Assembly: GCA_002104945.1 (NCBI GenBank)
Contig: MCFH01000004.1
Coordinates: 1,302,001 to 1,366,000 of the forward strand
Length of the DNA stretch: 64,000 nt
Direction of reading: 5' to 3'
Source of the DNA: Piromyces finnis finn
Taxonomy: Eukaryota > Fungi > Neocallimastigomycota
Numbering within the stretch: position 1 is the first letter of the stretch; every line of letters begins with the position of its first letter. Shown one piece after another: positions 12,201 through 24,431 of this stretch. The notes under the pieces were generated by a model. The model saw only the letters and a program-made list of their open reading frames with translations, ran no database searches and was not told the origin of the DNA. The position numbers and the translations under genes are program-made.

Positions 12201-15200
12201 TAGTTTCTTTAGTTGATTCTTCAACTGATTCAATAATTGGTTGTTCAATAACTTCTTCAATAGTTTCTTCAGCAGATTCAATTACTGGTTGTTCTTCAAT
12301 AATTGATTCTTTAACAAATTCTTCTTTAGTTTCTTCAACTGATTCAATTACTGGTTGTTCTTCAACAATTGGCTTTTCAATAATTTCTTCTTTAGTTTCT
12401 TCAGCTGATTCAATTACTGATTGTTCTTCAATAATTGGTTGTTCAACAACTTCTTCAATAATTTCTTCAACTGATTCAACAATTGGTTGTTCTTCAATAA
12501 CTGGTTGTTCAATTAATTTAATAGATGATTGTTGTTCAACGATTTCTTCTTTAGTTTCTTTAATTGATTCAATTAATGGTTCTTCAACGATTTCTTCCTT
12601 AGTTTCTTCAACTGATTCAACTTCTAGTTGTTCAATAACTTCTTCCTTGATTTCTTCAATAACTGGTTGTTCAACAATTTCTTCTTTAATTTCTTCAGTT
12701 GATTCTTCAACTGATTCAATAATTGGTTGTTCAATAACTTCTTCAATAGTTTCTTCAGCAGATTCAATTACTGGTTGTTCTTCAATAATTGATTCTTTAA
12801 CAATTTCTTCTTTAGTTTCTTCAACTGGTTTAATTACTGGTTGTTCTTCAATAACTGGTTGTTCAACAATTTCTTCTTTAGTTTCTTCAGTTGATTCTTC
12901 AACTAATTCAATAATTGGTTGTTCAACAACTTCTTCAATAGTTTCTTCAACTGGTTCAATTACTGGTTGTTCTTCAATAACTGGTTGTTCAACAATTTCT
13001 TCTTTAGTTTCTTCAGTTGATTCTTCAACTGATTCAATAATTGGTTGTTCAATAACTTCTTCAATAGTTTCTTCAGCAGATTCAACTACTAATTGTTCTT
13101 CAATAATTGATTGTTCAACAACTTCTTCAATAATTTCTTCAACTGATTCAACAATTGGTTGTTCTTCAACAACTGGTTGTTCAACAATTTCTTCTTTAGT
13201 TTCTTCAGTTGATTCTTCTTCATCTAATCCAATAATTGGTTGTTCAACAACTTCTTCAATAGTTTCTTCAACTGATTCAATAATTGGTTGTTCTTCAATA
13301 ACTGGTTGTTCAACAATTTCTTCTTTAGTTTCTTCAACAGATTCAATTACTGGTTGTTCTTCAATAATTGATTCTTTAACAATTTCTTCTTTAGTTTCTT
13401 CAACTGTTTCAATTACTGGTTGTTCTTCAATAGTTGATTGTTCAACAATTTCTTTAGTTTCTTCTGTTGATTCTTCATCTGATTCAATAATTGGTTGTTC
13501 AGCAACTTCTTCAATAGTTTCTTCAACAGATTCAACTACTAATTGTTCTTCAATAATTGATTGTTCAACAATTTCTTCTTTAGTTTCTTCAGTTGATTTT
13601 TCTTCATCTAATCCAATAATTGGTTGTTCAACAACTTCTTCAATAGTTTCTTCAACTGATTCAACAATTGGTTGTTCTTCAATAATTGATTCTTTAACAA
13701 TTTCTTCTTTAGGTTCTTCAGTTGATTCTTCTTCATCTAATTCAATAATTAGTTGTTCAACAACTTCTTCAATAGTTTTTTCAACTGGTTCAATTACTGG
13801 TTGTTCTTCAATATTTGATTGTTCTGAAACTTCTTCAATAATTTCTTCAGCAGATTCAATTACTGGTTGTTCTTCAATAATTGGTTGTTCAACAATTTCT
13901 TCTTTAGTTTCTTCAACTGATTCAACTAATGGTTGTTCAACAATTTCTTCTTTAGCTTCTTCAACAAATTCAATCACTGGTTGTTCTTCAACAATTAGTT
14001 GTTTAATTTCTTCAGATTCAATAATTGGTTTTTCAATAATTTCTTCCTTAGTTTCCTCAACTAATGGTTCAATTATAATGTTTTCTTTATTCTTTCCAAC
14101 TGGTTCATTATTATTTGCTTTAGTAATAATTGAAGTTGGTTCGTTAGCTTCTTCTCTATATTTACTAAGAATAATATCAATAGAGCTATCACTAAAGTTT
14201 TCATCCATAGAATGATGTGGATGATGTTTATTACTAATGTTATTAAATTCTTTGTTAATTTCAGAGCTTAAGCTACCTAATTCTAAATCAGTCTTGAAAT
14301 CTTGGAGGCTATTCTTTTGGTCCTTTTCCTTTCTAAAGTTTAAGATACTATCATCTAACTTACTTTCACCAGGAACAACAATTGAACTATATTGAATACT
14401 TTCTTCGTAACCTACATTGTTTCTATCATTATTTGTAAGAATTGTAAATTCTTTATCCATTTCAAAGCTAACATCATGACGATTAGTTAAATCAAGATGA
14501 GTTTTATTAATATCTTTTGTTGGTGAAAGATCATCACCTTCATTGCTATTTGATAAGTTTGAGATAAGAAGAGATGGTAAAATAAAGTTATTCTTTTCAA
14601 TTTTTTCAGATTTTTCAGATGGGCTATCAAACACATCAAAGAGATCAGTATGCTTTGAAAGAGATGAAGAAAGTGGTTTACTCTCAGCTCTATTACTTTT
14701 AATTGGATTACTATCAAATATAGCTTTAGCATTAGTGAAATAAACAATTTCTTCATCATTCGAAAGAGATGCTGTAGTTACTTCAGAACTTGGAGAAGCA
14801 CTATTCTCATTATATTTAGGTAAACTATTAGTATCCATTTTAAGAGTTTTTTCATAGTCGGATGAAGAATAATCTTTCTTATGTACACCAATATTAATCT
14901 TCTTAATATCGTTTTTATTAACAAATTCATTAGATTTTGGTGGAAGTGGTGGAATGTTCATTTCCTTTCTTAAGCTACTACTGCTACCTGTATTAGCAAG
15001 CTTTGTAAATTGTTTATAAGTATTGCTGGCCTTTTTACTAATAGTCCTTGGTGGAATAAATGTATTATTTTCTTCGGCGGATATTGGTGAATTCATTGGA
15101 GAATTCAATTTACTACTAATTCTAATTGGCTTAATTATATTATCGTCACAGGAAAGAACAACCTTACTACTCTTTAATTTATCTTCATGTGAATAACTAG

Positions 15201-18200
15201 ATGCACCACTATTTCTAGTATTATTTTTTAACTTTTCATCCATATCAACTCCAATTTTAGTTTCTAATGAATGATCATCCTTCATTATATTCAACATGAG
15301 ATTCTTAGTGATCAATATTTCATCATCTTGACTAAGTTTTGGTGAACTACCCTCTTCAGAGGTACTAGTATTAAACTTTAAACTATCAAAAATAGATTTT
15401 TCAAGATTTATTGATTCCATAATATGAGAAGAAGAGGACGACATGATAGAATGAGCGGTAGTTGTTTTAGGCGATGCTTTAGATTCGTTTTTACTACTAC
15501 CTAAGTTAGTCGTAATAGAATATGGTTTGTTAGAAGTTACTGGTGAAGAAGAATAAACCTTCTTATCAGATGGCAATTTATAAGTGGTTGATATAGTAGA
15601 TGATGGTGAAGAACTTAAGTTCTTTTTATCTGATGATAATCTATAAGCTGATGATGGAGAGGAAGTATGTATAGATGTTTTCTTTTCAGATGAAGGGAAT
15701 TTAAAAGTTGAAGATGGAGAAGAAGTATTATTTTCTGAGAATAATTTATATGGAGTGTGTGATGAAGATGAAAGATTAGATTTCTTTTCAAATAAATCTT
15801 TAACAGAAGAAACTTTATTTGAGCTATTATTAATGAAATGTTTAGTACTGCTTGTAGTCGCTGATGGTATTGAAGTTACTGGTGAGTATTTAGATTTACA
15901 ACTATCGTAGTTATTTTCAATATATTCTTGTACTTTTTCTGCTGCTTTCTTTTCATACCCAGGATCAATCTTTTCTTCACTGTCAGAAATTTCTTCGTAT
16001 TCAATTTTACCAAAAAGAAATTCATGGTTTTCGATCAAGGTTTCAACAGCTTCACATTGACGTTTCATATCCTCAATCAAACGTTGAGCTGATTGAATTA
16101 CAGGTGAAGGTTTAAGAAGAGTTGGACCAAATATAATAGCAAGATTTTTAATTGACATTTTATTAATAGTAGAATAAAGAGATACTCTGAAAAGATGTTC
16201 ACATATAAAACGAAGGGTAACAAAATGAAGTTTTGGTAACATATGGACAATATCTTGGAATTTTATCATACGTTCTCTATATTCCTTAATTTGACTTGCA
16301 TGAATAAATTCATTATATAAATCATAAGTACACACAGGTTGAAGTTCTTCACCAATACCATCCCTTAAATAAGATTTTAAGCAGCCAGTAACCACATGGA
16401 TATCATTATCATATAAATTATTTGGTGATTCAATTGAACTAAATTCAAGTGGGATAGATGTAGTTGATTTCGATTTAGCATGTGAATATCTTTTTGGAAC
16501 ATTTTCAAAACTATCTTCCTTTAAACTGGGTGAAATCAAATGAACCTTGAATGGATCTACTTCAAATTTCTTTCTTAAAGACTGAATAGTTGCAGAATTA
16601 CCAGATAAACGATAAATACCCTCAGTTCTTAATCCGATTTTTTCTACTAACTCAACACATTTTTGAATAAGAATTGGAACTTCAGGAAGATTTTCACTAA
16701 TTGTAGATGGAATACTAAAATGCTTTAAATTAGAAGATTTGAAGGCAGGTGAAATATTATCAAAGGACTTAAGATAGTAACTTATATCAATTGAAATTTG
16801 GTTATCCTTTGAAATTTGATTATCCTTTGAATTTTTATAATCTTTTGAAGAAGAATTACTATCATCTAAAAATTGATTTAATTTCTCTTCAAATTTTAAA
16901 TTATTCTTTAAATCTAATTTCAAATCTTCATCAATATCATCTTCAAAATTATTTTTCTTTTTCATTTTAGTATCATCAATATTAGAACTAGTCTTTCCTA
17001 TCTTTGATACCGATAATGGTGTAGAAATATCTTTCTTTGTAATGTTAAGATTTTCCTTAGAACCATTCTTTCTGGTTTTAGAAGCATAACTACTTAAATC
17101 AAGACTCTTCTTACTATTTTTTGGAGATGAAGAGTAAAGGGAAGTTGGTGAACTACTATGATTAGACTTAGAAATAGCGTTGATTAACGGAGAATAGAAT
17201 TTTGATTTTTCTGTTTTCTTTGAATTTTGAGCAGAAGAAGTTAAAGTTTTATTAGCAGTTGAAGCACTTATTAATTTATTTCTATTTTCTTCAGTTGGAT
17301 TAGAAGCATATTCAGCAAAAGCGAGATTCGAATAACTTTTTGTTTCTTTTGATGTCATATTTAATGGACGAGTTTGAATTGAAAGAACTTTACTTCCAAC
17401 TTGACCTGGTAAAGAAGTGCCAGTAGCACCATCGTGAGAAAGTAACACTGGAGTACTAATCCAACTTTTCTTTATTTTATCTTTACTCTTTTTAACCTTC
17501 TTTTCTTTCTTATTCTTTTTACTACTAGCAGTAGAAATAAGTTCATTGGCTTGATCTGTAATTTCATCAAGATTAATAGTATTATTATTAATAAATAATG
17601 ATGGAGTAGGTACTTGAGCATCTGTACTTTTGTATCGATTAATAATATCATTTAAGAGTTTTGGTGGTTCTGCATTCTTATAACGATTTGTAATTTCACT
17701 TATACGTGAAGTAGTAGCACGAGCTGAATTATTTCTAGCTAATGAAGTCTTTGAAAATTTAGGAGAAGAATCAGTAACAACATTTGAACCTGGACTTACA
17801 GATCTTGATTCAGTTGGATTAACATGCATTATATCACGTAAATCAGTAGATTTCTTTGAATTACTATTTTCAATTTTATTATATACAGAATCATTATGTT
17901 CATGTGATTTTTTTGAATTATTAGTTTCAGTTTTATTTGAACTACCAATTGCTTTATTAAACGATGATGAAGATTTGATATACTTTGAATTGGAGAATGA
18001 AGAGAAATTATTAATAAATTCTGGCATAGAATATTTTCTATAATACCTAGAAGGTGATAATAAATTATCATTACTTAATAATTTTTTATTATCTTCAAGA
18101 ATATTAGTATCTATGGATGGTTTCCTTGTATTTGTTTTCTCAACAATACTACCACCAACCGTCTTTTTGGATAATGGATTCTCAGATGAGATAGAATAAG

Positions 18201-20436
18201 CTTTTGGACGATTTTTAAATACATTTGGAGATGGGGTAAGTGATTCTCTTTTGTCCACTATCAAATCACCTAAATTATTTTCAGATTTTCTATGAGAGGA
18301 TGCGATAGAGTTGTTTGAAGAAGAAGAAGAATGATAGGATGCTGTGTCATCTATTTGCTTACAATAATTAAAGAACTTTTGAGTATATTGATTTTGAATA
18401 GACTTTATTTTTTCTTTATTTTTGTCTTTCTTTTCCTTATTTGGGGTAGATGAAATTTCATTTTTTGGTGCAGCTGGGAAAGTGTAGTTTTTAATATCTA
18501 AACCTTGGAATAAATCTTCAGTATCACTTTCACTGACAGGAGTTTGGCGACCAGATTCAAAACGATTCATAATATTTTTATAATCATTTTTAAAATCATT
18601 TACATAATCGTCTTTATAATTTTTTTCATTTTTATCTATCTTATAATTAATGTTCTCAAATAAATTATCATTATTGTAAATATAACTACCATGCTTAAAT
18701 GAATTTTGCCAATTTATAACTTCCGTTTGCATTAATACAGAAAGATTAAAGGTCTTGTTTTCAACAACTGCTGCTTCTTCAATAAAAGACTGGACATGAC
18801 TTACACCAATATTAGAAATTTCAATTAATATTTGATCCAATAAAAATTTTGGTTCTTCTTCCTTTAGATCAATACCTTGAACTGTTGATAAAGCAAGAAT
18901 ATTTGGATTATTATCTGTATTTACTGGTGAAATAATAGAATAATATAATGGTATATAATGAACAAGAACTTTCTTTGCCGAAAGAATTTCCAATGGACCA
19001 CTAATATCATTAATAGTACAAATAAGACTTGAATGATGATGATGATGTTGAGTTGTTGGATAAGTTGGTATATAATTTTCATCATCAAAATCTTGTGTAA
19101 TATTAGTTGAGACAGGAGATGCTTCAATCATTTTTATTTGTCTTCTTGAAGAACTAGATTTTGAAATCGATAATATCTTTATTATAAAATAAATTAAAAA
19201 AAACATAATATTATTAATATGTTTAGATAACAATGTATCACCAAATTTTATAATAATATAGTTATCCAATATAGAACCTGTTATTATTTAAATTAAATTA
19301 TGTCTAAATAATAATAGATTTTATAACAAGATTTTTCAAACTTACTCTACTTAATGGTTTTTCAACAAGATTTTTTCTTATATTTTCAATGCTCATTTTA
19401 TTCATCACAGAATGTTTTTGTTTAACTGTATTATTTATTGATTTTGTTAATGGCTTCTTTCGAATTAATTGATAAAAGAAAATATATGGACCACGAATTT
19501 CAACATAAAATATTAACCACTTTGAAGATGATGGACTAATTGTTGACTCTTGAGTTTTTCCCTTAGTTGATGTAACTCTATCCTTCTTTAAAAAATTAGA
19601 GTGTTTTATTTTATTTATCATAGAAGGATTTTGATTATTAAGATTATTATTACTTTCATTAGTATATATATTTTTTCTTAAAATATATCCAGATTTTTCA
19701 AGAGGCCATTTCATACTAATATTTACTATATTTTCTGAAACTTGCTTATTATCTATAAATTCATCAATCTTTGATATTAATTAAAAGATATAAAAAAAGA
19801 ATATTTAAATAAAATTAAATAATAAAATAAATGTTATAAATGTTATAAACAGACTTGTTTAAAAATAAATCAATCATATATTAAATATGTATTATCATTA
19901 AAATTTATTACCTTTAATCTTGGTAAAACAAATGTATTAGAATGGCCTTCTAAGCCAGAAATATCGCTTATTAAAAGAGATGATCTCTTTTCTTCTATAT
20001 CCTTTGGATTTTTTAATATATTTTTTTCAAAGTATGATTTAATATTCAAAAATTCTTTTGTTGAAATAGACTGGATTTTTGCTTTTGAGAAAACCGTAGC
20101 ATTAGCAATCAATGTTGAAGAATGATTATACATAGAATTTATTATTTCGTTATTGTTTTTGTTACTATTAATATTATATACATTATTATTTGAAGCTGAA
20201 GATGTAGCATGAAGATAACCACTATCTTTATGCGTTTGTGTTTGTTGTACATCATGGTTATTCAAATAATGTTTGTAAGTGGTTGATTCACCTTCAGTTG
20301 AAGATCTCACTTTAGATTTGTTTTCATTATTTGAATGTGTATATGAGTATTTTAGAGATGAATAGGAAGGCAAAGGATGATGTTTATCTGTTCTATCTGT
20401 TAATTTATATACTTTTGTTTGTACATTACTTTCCAT
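9229..20436 (-). CDS. Giant PH-RhoGAP protein (~3,600 aa) with a glutamate-rich repeat C-terminus
   Basis: Exons 20436-19912, 19768-19346 and ~19176-9229, joined in frame via AAG acceptors; the second intron is less certain. RhoGAP domain at ~16720-16010: VPILIQKCVELVEKIGLRTEGIYRLSG (arginine finger), DIHVVTGCLKSYLR, NKMSIKNLAIIFGPTLL. PH-like elements: LEKSGYILRK, KWLIFYVEIRGPYIFFY, EVINWQNSF. Confidence 0.88.
9620..14060 (-). repeat. Coding tandem-repeat array of E-Q-P-[VI]-[IV]-E / EETKEEIV units (~11- and ~22-aa periodicity)
   Basis: About 4.4 kb of degenerate repeats inside the RhoGAP terminal exon, with several long near-identical internal duplications. Confidence 0.95.
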
Positions 20437-23202
20437 GTTGAATATTTATATCTATCTAAATATTATATTAACCATATTAAAAAAAAACGTTTTTATAAAT
20501 AAAATATTAGTTAATATATAAATATAATAAAATAAAAAAATATATAATTTTAGATAAAATTATATATAATAATTACTTTGTCTTTTTCAAATTATAATTT
20601 CATAGAAATTTTTGTACTTTTTGAATAAATAATATTTTCTGCAAATTTAATATTTTTTGCTTTATTTTGTTTTGTTTTGGTATATTTAATTTTTGTATTT
20701 ATATACTTTTATATTTATTCTAATATAATCTGTCTATTAAAATATAATATGTATTATGTTTCATTCCTTTTTTATGTTTTTAAATAAAATATTGAAGAAA
20801 ATAAATTAAATATAGTTGTAAGAAAATTAAAAAACTAAAAAGAAATGAATATTTTATGGGATTAGATTATATTAGATTATAATAACAATAACGATTTATA
20901 TTGATTATTGATTATTTTTATTATGAAAATAACAATTACTTCTTAATAATATAAATTTAGGAAATGTTAAATGTATATTCTTTTGAATTTAAATTTACAA
21001 TTATTTAATTTGTTAAAAATAATATATTGTAATAATTATTCGAAAATTCATCACAAATTCGTTTTAGACAATAAAATATTTTATATTAATAATATGGCAT
21101 ATATTATATATTATTTGTAAGTGAAATTTATTACAAATACATATTCCTTAAACTATAGAAATCAAGTTGTTATTGTTTTTATTTTATTTACTTTATTTGA
21201 AAAATTGTATTTTATTTACTGCTTTATTGAAAACAAGAGAAAAATGTAACTTTGACTTTAATTTTCTTTTTATTTTATATATAAATATAAAAAGGTATAC
21301 TATTATTTAATATAATATTAATTAATATATAAATTTGTTAATCGTCTAGGTTAGCTCGAATTTATTCTTTTATAAATATTTTTTTATAGAAATAATAATT
21401 ATTTACTTCTAATTCAAATGATATATATTTAAATCAAAAGAAATAAAGTAAATAATTATATTTAATTATTAAAAAAAAAAAAAAAGAATAAATTGGTTAT
21501 ATTCTCTATTGAATACTTTATAATAATTAGTAAAAATAATAATAATCTCTAGTAAAGCGTTTTATTCTGTTTTTATTTATGTATTATTATTGCTTATTGT
21601 TATTATTAATTTGTTTTGCTTTATTATTGCATTTGATTTTGTATTTAATTTTTTTTCCAATTGATATATTTTTTGTTTATTTATCGGTATTTATTTATTT
21701 ATTTATTTATTTATTTATTATTTACTTTATTTTTTGTAAATATATTTATTAAATCTCTTTTTTTTTCTAAAATTATTTTATTTATTATTTGATTTAAAAA
21801 TCGAAAAAGAAAAAAAAAAAAAAGAAAGAGAATTTCAGTTATATTAAATATATAAAAATAAATAAATAAAAAAGGTAATAAAAAAAAAATTGAAAAATAT
21901 GTATATATTAAGAATACTAATGAAAAATATTAAAAAAAAAAGTAGTTTTATAATTGGGAAAGTAAATCAAAATTACTATATTATTATAGTTAAAATGTCT
22001 CTATTTTTTTAATATTTGTATGACAATTATTAAAAAATATATATATTAAATTTTATTATTTACTATTACTAGAACTACCAATTTTAATTATTAAAAAAAT
22101 ATCGAATATAAAAACATCACACAATCCTCATATATTATTAAAAAAATAATAAATATAAAATTTTATAAAATATTTTTCAATTATATTCTATTTTATTATA
22201 AAATATAATAATATATAATAAAATATAATATAAATAAATTAAAAAAAGATTAAAAAGGAAATTTTTCGAATATAAATATTATATATTAAATATATACTTT
22301 GAATCTATAAAAATATATGATTATATTAATTTACATTGTATATACTAATGTTTATTTAATAACTAATTATAAATATATATTATATATTAATATATCTTTG
22401 TATTTAATACAATAATTTTTTGTACATAAATTTAAAATATTATTTAAATAGTAAATTAAAATAAATTAATTAATATTTAATATATTATTATATTACTGTA
22501 TATACTACATTTAATTAATAATAGTAATAAAACTAATTTAATTAAAATATACGGCAAAAACTATAAATAAATTATATTTTGTACTTATATATAAAAAGCT
22601 TTATTTAATATATTATTTAATATATTATAATATACCAATATTTTTTCTTCTTACACAAAAAGCACAAAAAGTAATATGAATATTTAAATACAGTTTTATA
22701 ATAGGTAGAAATATATTATTTAATATAAAATCATTATAATTGTTATTAATCGTTTTAAAATTTTTTATAAATGATCAAATTTTAAAGTAACTCTTTAAAG
22801 GAAAAATAAAATAAAAATATCAAAATAATAATTGAAAAATTCTATTTCATTGTTCAAAAGAAATAAGTTTATACATACTGAAATTATATATACCTAATTA
22901 CCACTAACAAAAAAAACTTCAATATTAAAGTACTAATTTAACCGTAACATTAAAAAAAATGAATAAATTATAATATTTAATATAAAGTTTGAAATCAAAA
23001 AAATAACTTTATTTAGAAATTTATATTAACCAATAATATTATAAAATTCAAAACTTTATTTATAAATAAATTATTATTTATTTATTCTAATAGATTCGGG
23101 TTAGATTAAATATTAATTAGTAAAATTTTTAGAAAAAAAAAGGTTTAAAAATAAAAAGATAAAGTTTTAAAAAGCTTTGTCATAAAAGGAAACATAAAGC
23201 TC

Positions 23203-23233
<31 letters not shown>

Positions 23234-23982
23234 TAAATCAATATAAATATATTAGAAAAATGTTATTAATCTTTATATTGATTCTTTTCTTTAAAAAAAG
23301 TGCTTTCTTATATCATCGAATAACAAAATAAAATATATTATTATAATTGAAATATTTAATAAATGGAATTTTCTTTTAATCATTTGATTTATTACTTCAA
23401 AATGAAGGATTAACCTTTTTGCATTTTAAAATAAAGTTTAAATAGTTTTTTTAGTATAACTTTTAATTATTACAATTGTTTTATGGATTGAAATATAGAA
23501 AAGATATAATAATTACGTTATATATATAAAATAACGTATATATATTTTTTATTTTTTTTAACAGACTATTTTTTAAATATTAAAAAATATATAAAGGGTT
23601 AGATTATCTATTTTAAATTATATATTATTCTTTATCTTCAGATAATTTTTATTTCTAATTTTAATTTATTAGATAAATAATAATTTTTTTATTTAATCAA
23701 TAATAGTGCTAATGAAATAGAACTTTATTTATAAATAAACATTAAATAATGTTTTATATCTTATATGAGCGAGTAATTAATATGCTTTTTATATATTTTA
23801 ATAATTAATATTTTTTTTAATAATTGTTTCAGGTGTAAAAGTAAACTGATAAAATGAAAATTTTCATAATATTATAGTTTGGTTTCCACAAAATGTTAAA
23901 TTTATATAAAAGATTTAGGTTTATTTGCTTGTTAATTATAGAAATATTAATATATAATAGAAATAAAATAAAGAAGAAAAAA

Positions 23983-23983
<1 letters not shown>

Positions 23984-24063
<80 letters not shown>
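23984..24063. repeat. (TAA)n microsatellite upstream of NOC3
   Basis: Perfect trinucleotide run; it produces the poly-Ile ORF 23893-24117. Confidence 0.95.
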
Positions 24064-24334
24064 TTGCTGATTGAAATATTTTCATCAGCAATATTTAAAT
24101 ATATAAATAGAAAATAAAATTTATATTTAATTATGTAACATAGATTTTTTATTATTTAAAAAAGCTATAAATATTTAATATAACTAACTAACTAACTAAA
24201 TAAATACATAAATAAATAAATAAATAATATTAAAATAAATAAATAAATAAATAATATTAAAATAAATTTAGAAATTTTTAAAATCTTTTTAATAAAAAAT
24301 CAAAATTGTTTATATAACTTAAAATCTATTTGAA

Positions 24335-24343
24335 ATGATTGGC
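24335..24343 (+). promoter_or_regulatory. Reverse CCAAT box (ATGATTGGC) ~90 bp upstream of the NOC3 ATG
   Basis: The reverse complement AGCCAATCA fits the NF-Y/HAP consensus. The same 8-mer lies upstream of NSA1 and NIP7. Confidence 0.5.
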
Positions 24344-24431
24344 TAAATTAAATGTTATATTATTTTTTTTTTAAACAAAACTAATATTGATATTATAATA
24401 TTTCACTTATAAATTAGTGCTATATTTGAAA

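Noticed and set aside
9620-14060. CRISPR-like or satellite interpretation of the repeat array
   Set aside because: The repeats are degenerate, in frame and protein-coding, with no constant repeat and unique spacer structure, in a eukaryotic context.
9614-14215. 1,533-aa Ser/Thr/Cys-rich antisense ORF that looks like a surface mucin
   Set aside because: It is a shadow of the RhoGAP repeat. A stop in this frame needs a sense Tyr codon after T/C, or a Gln/His codon after T. The repeat lacks Tyr and its Gln codons almost always follow GAA, which gives antisense TGT (Cys). It also has no signal peptide and starts at a non-ATG codon in the track.
14487-19127. Short alternative-frame ORFs overlapping the RhoGAP exon; likewise 32695-32913, 35180-35576, 41480-41665, 53293-53502, 55973-56237, 58778-58978 and 62388-62630
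   Set aside because: They are out-of-frame or antisense by-products of the real exons, with no independent support.
23855-23866. TGAAAATTTTCA, RRPE-like element upstream of NOC3
   Set aside because: It is one base short of the yeast consensus and nearly all A/T, so it is expected by chance in this composition.
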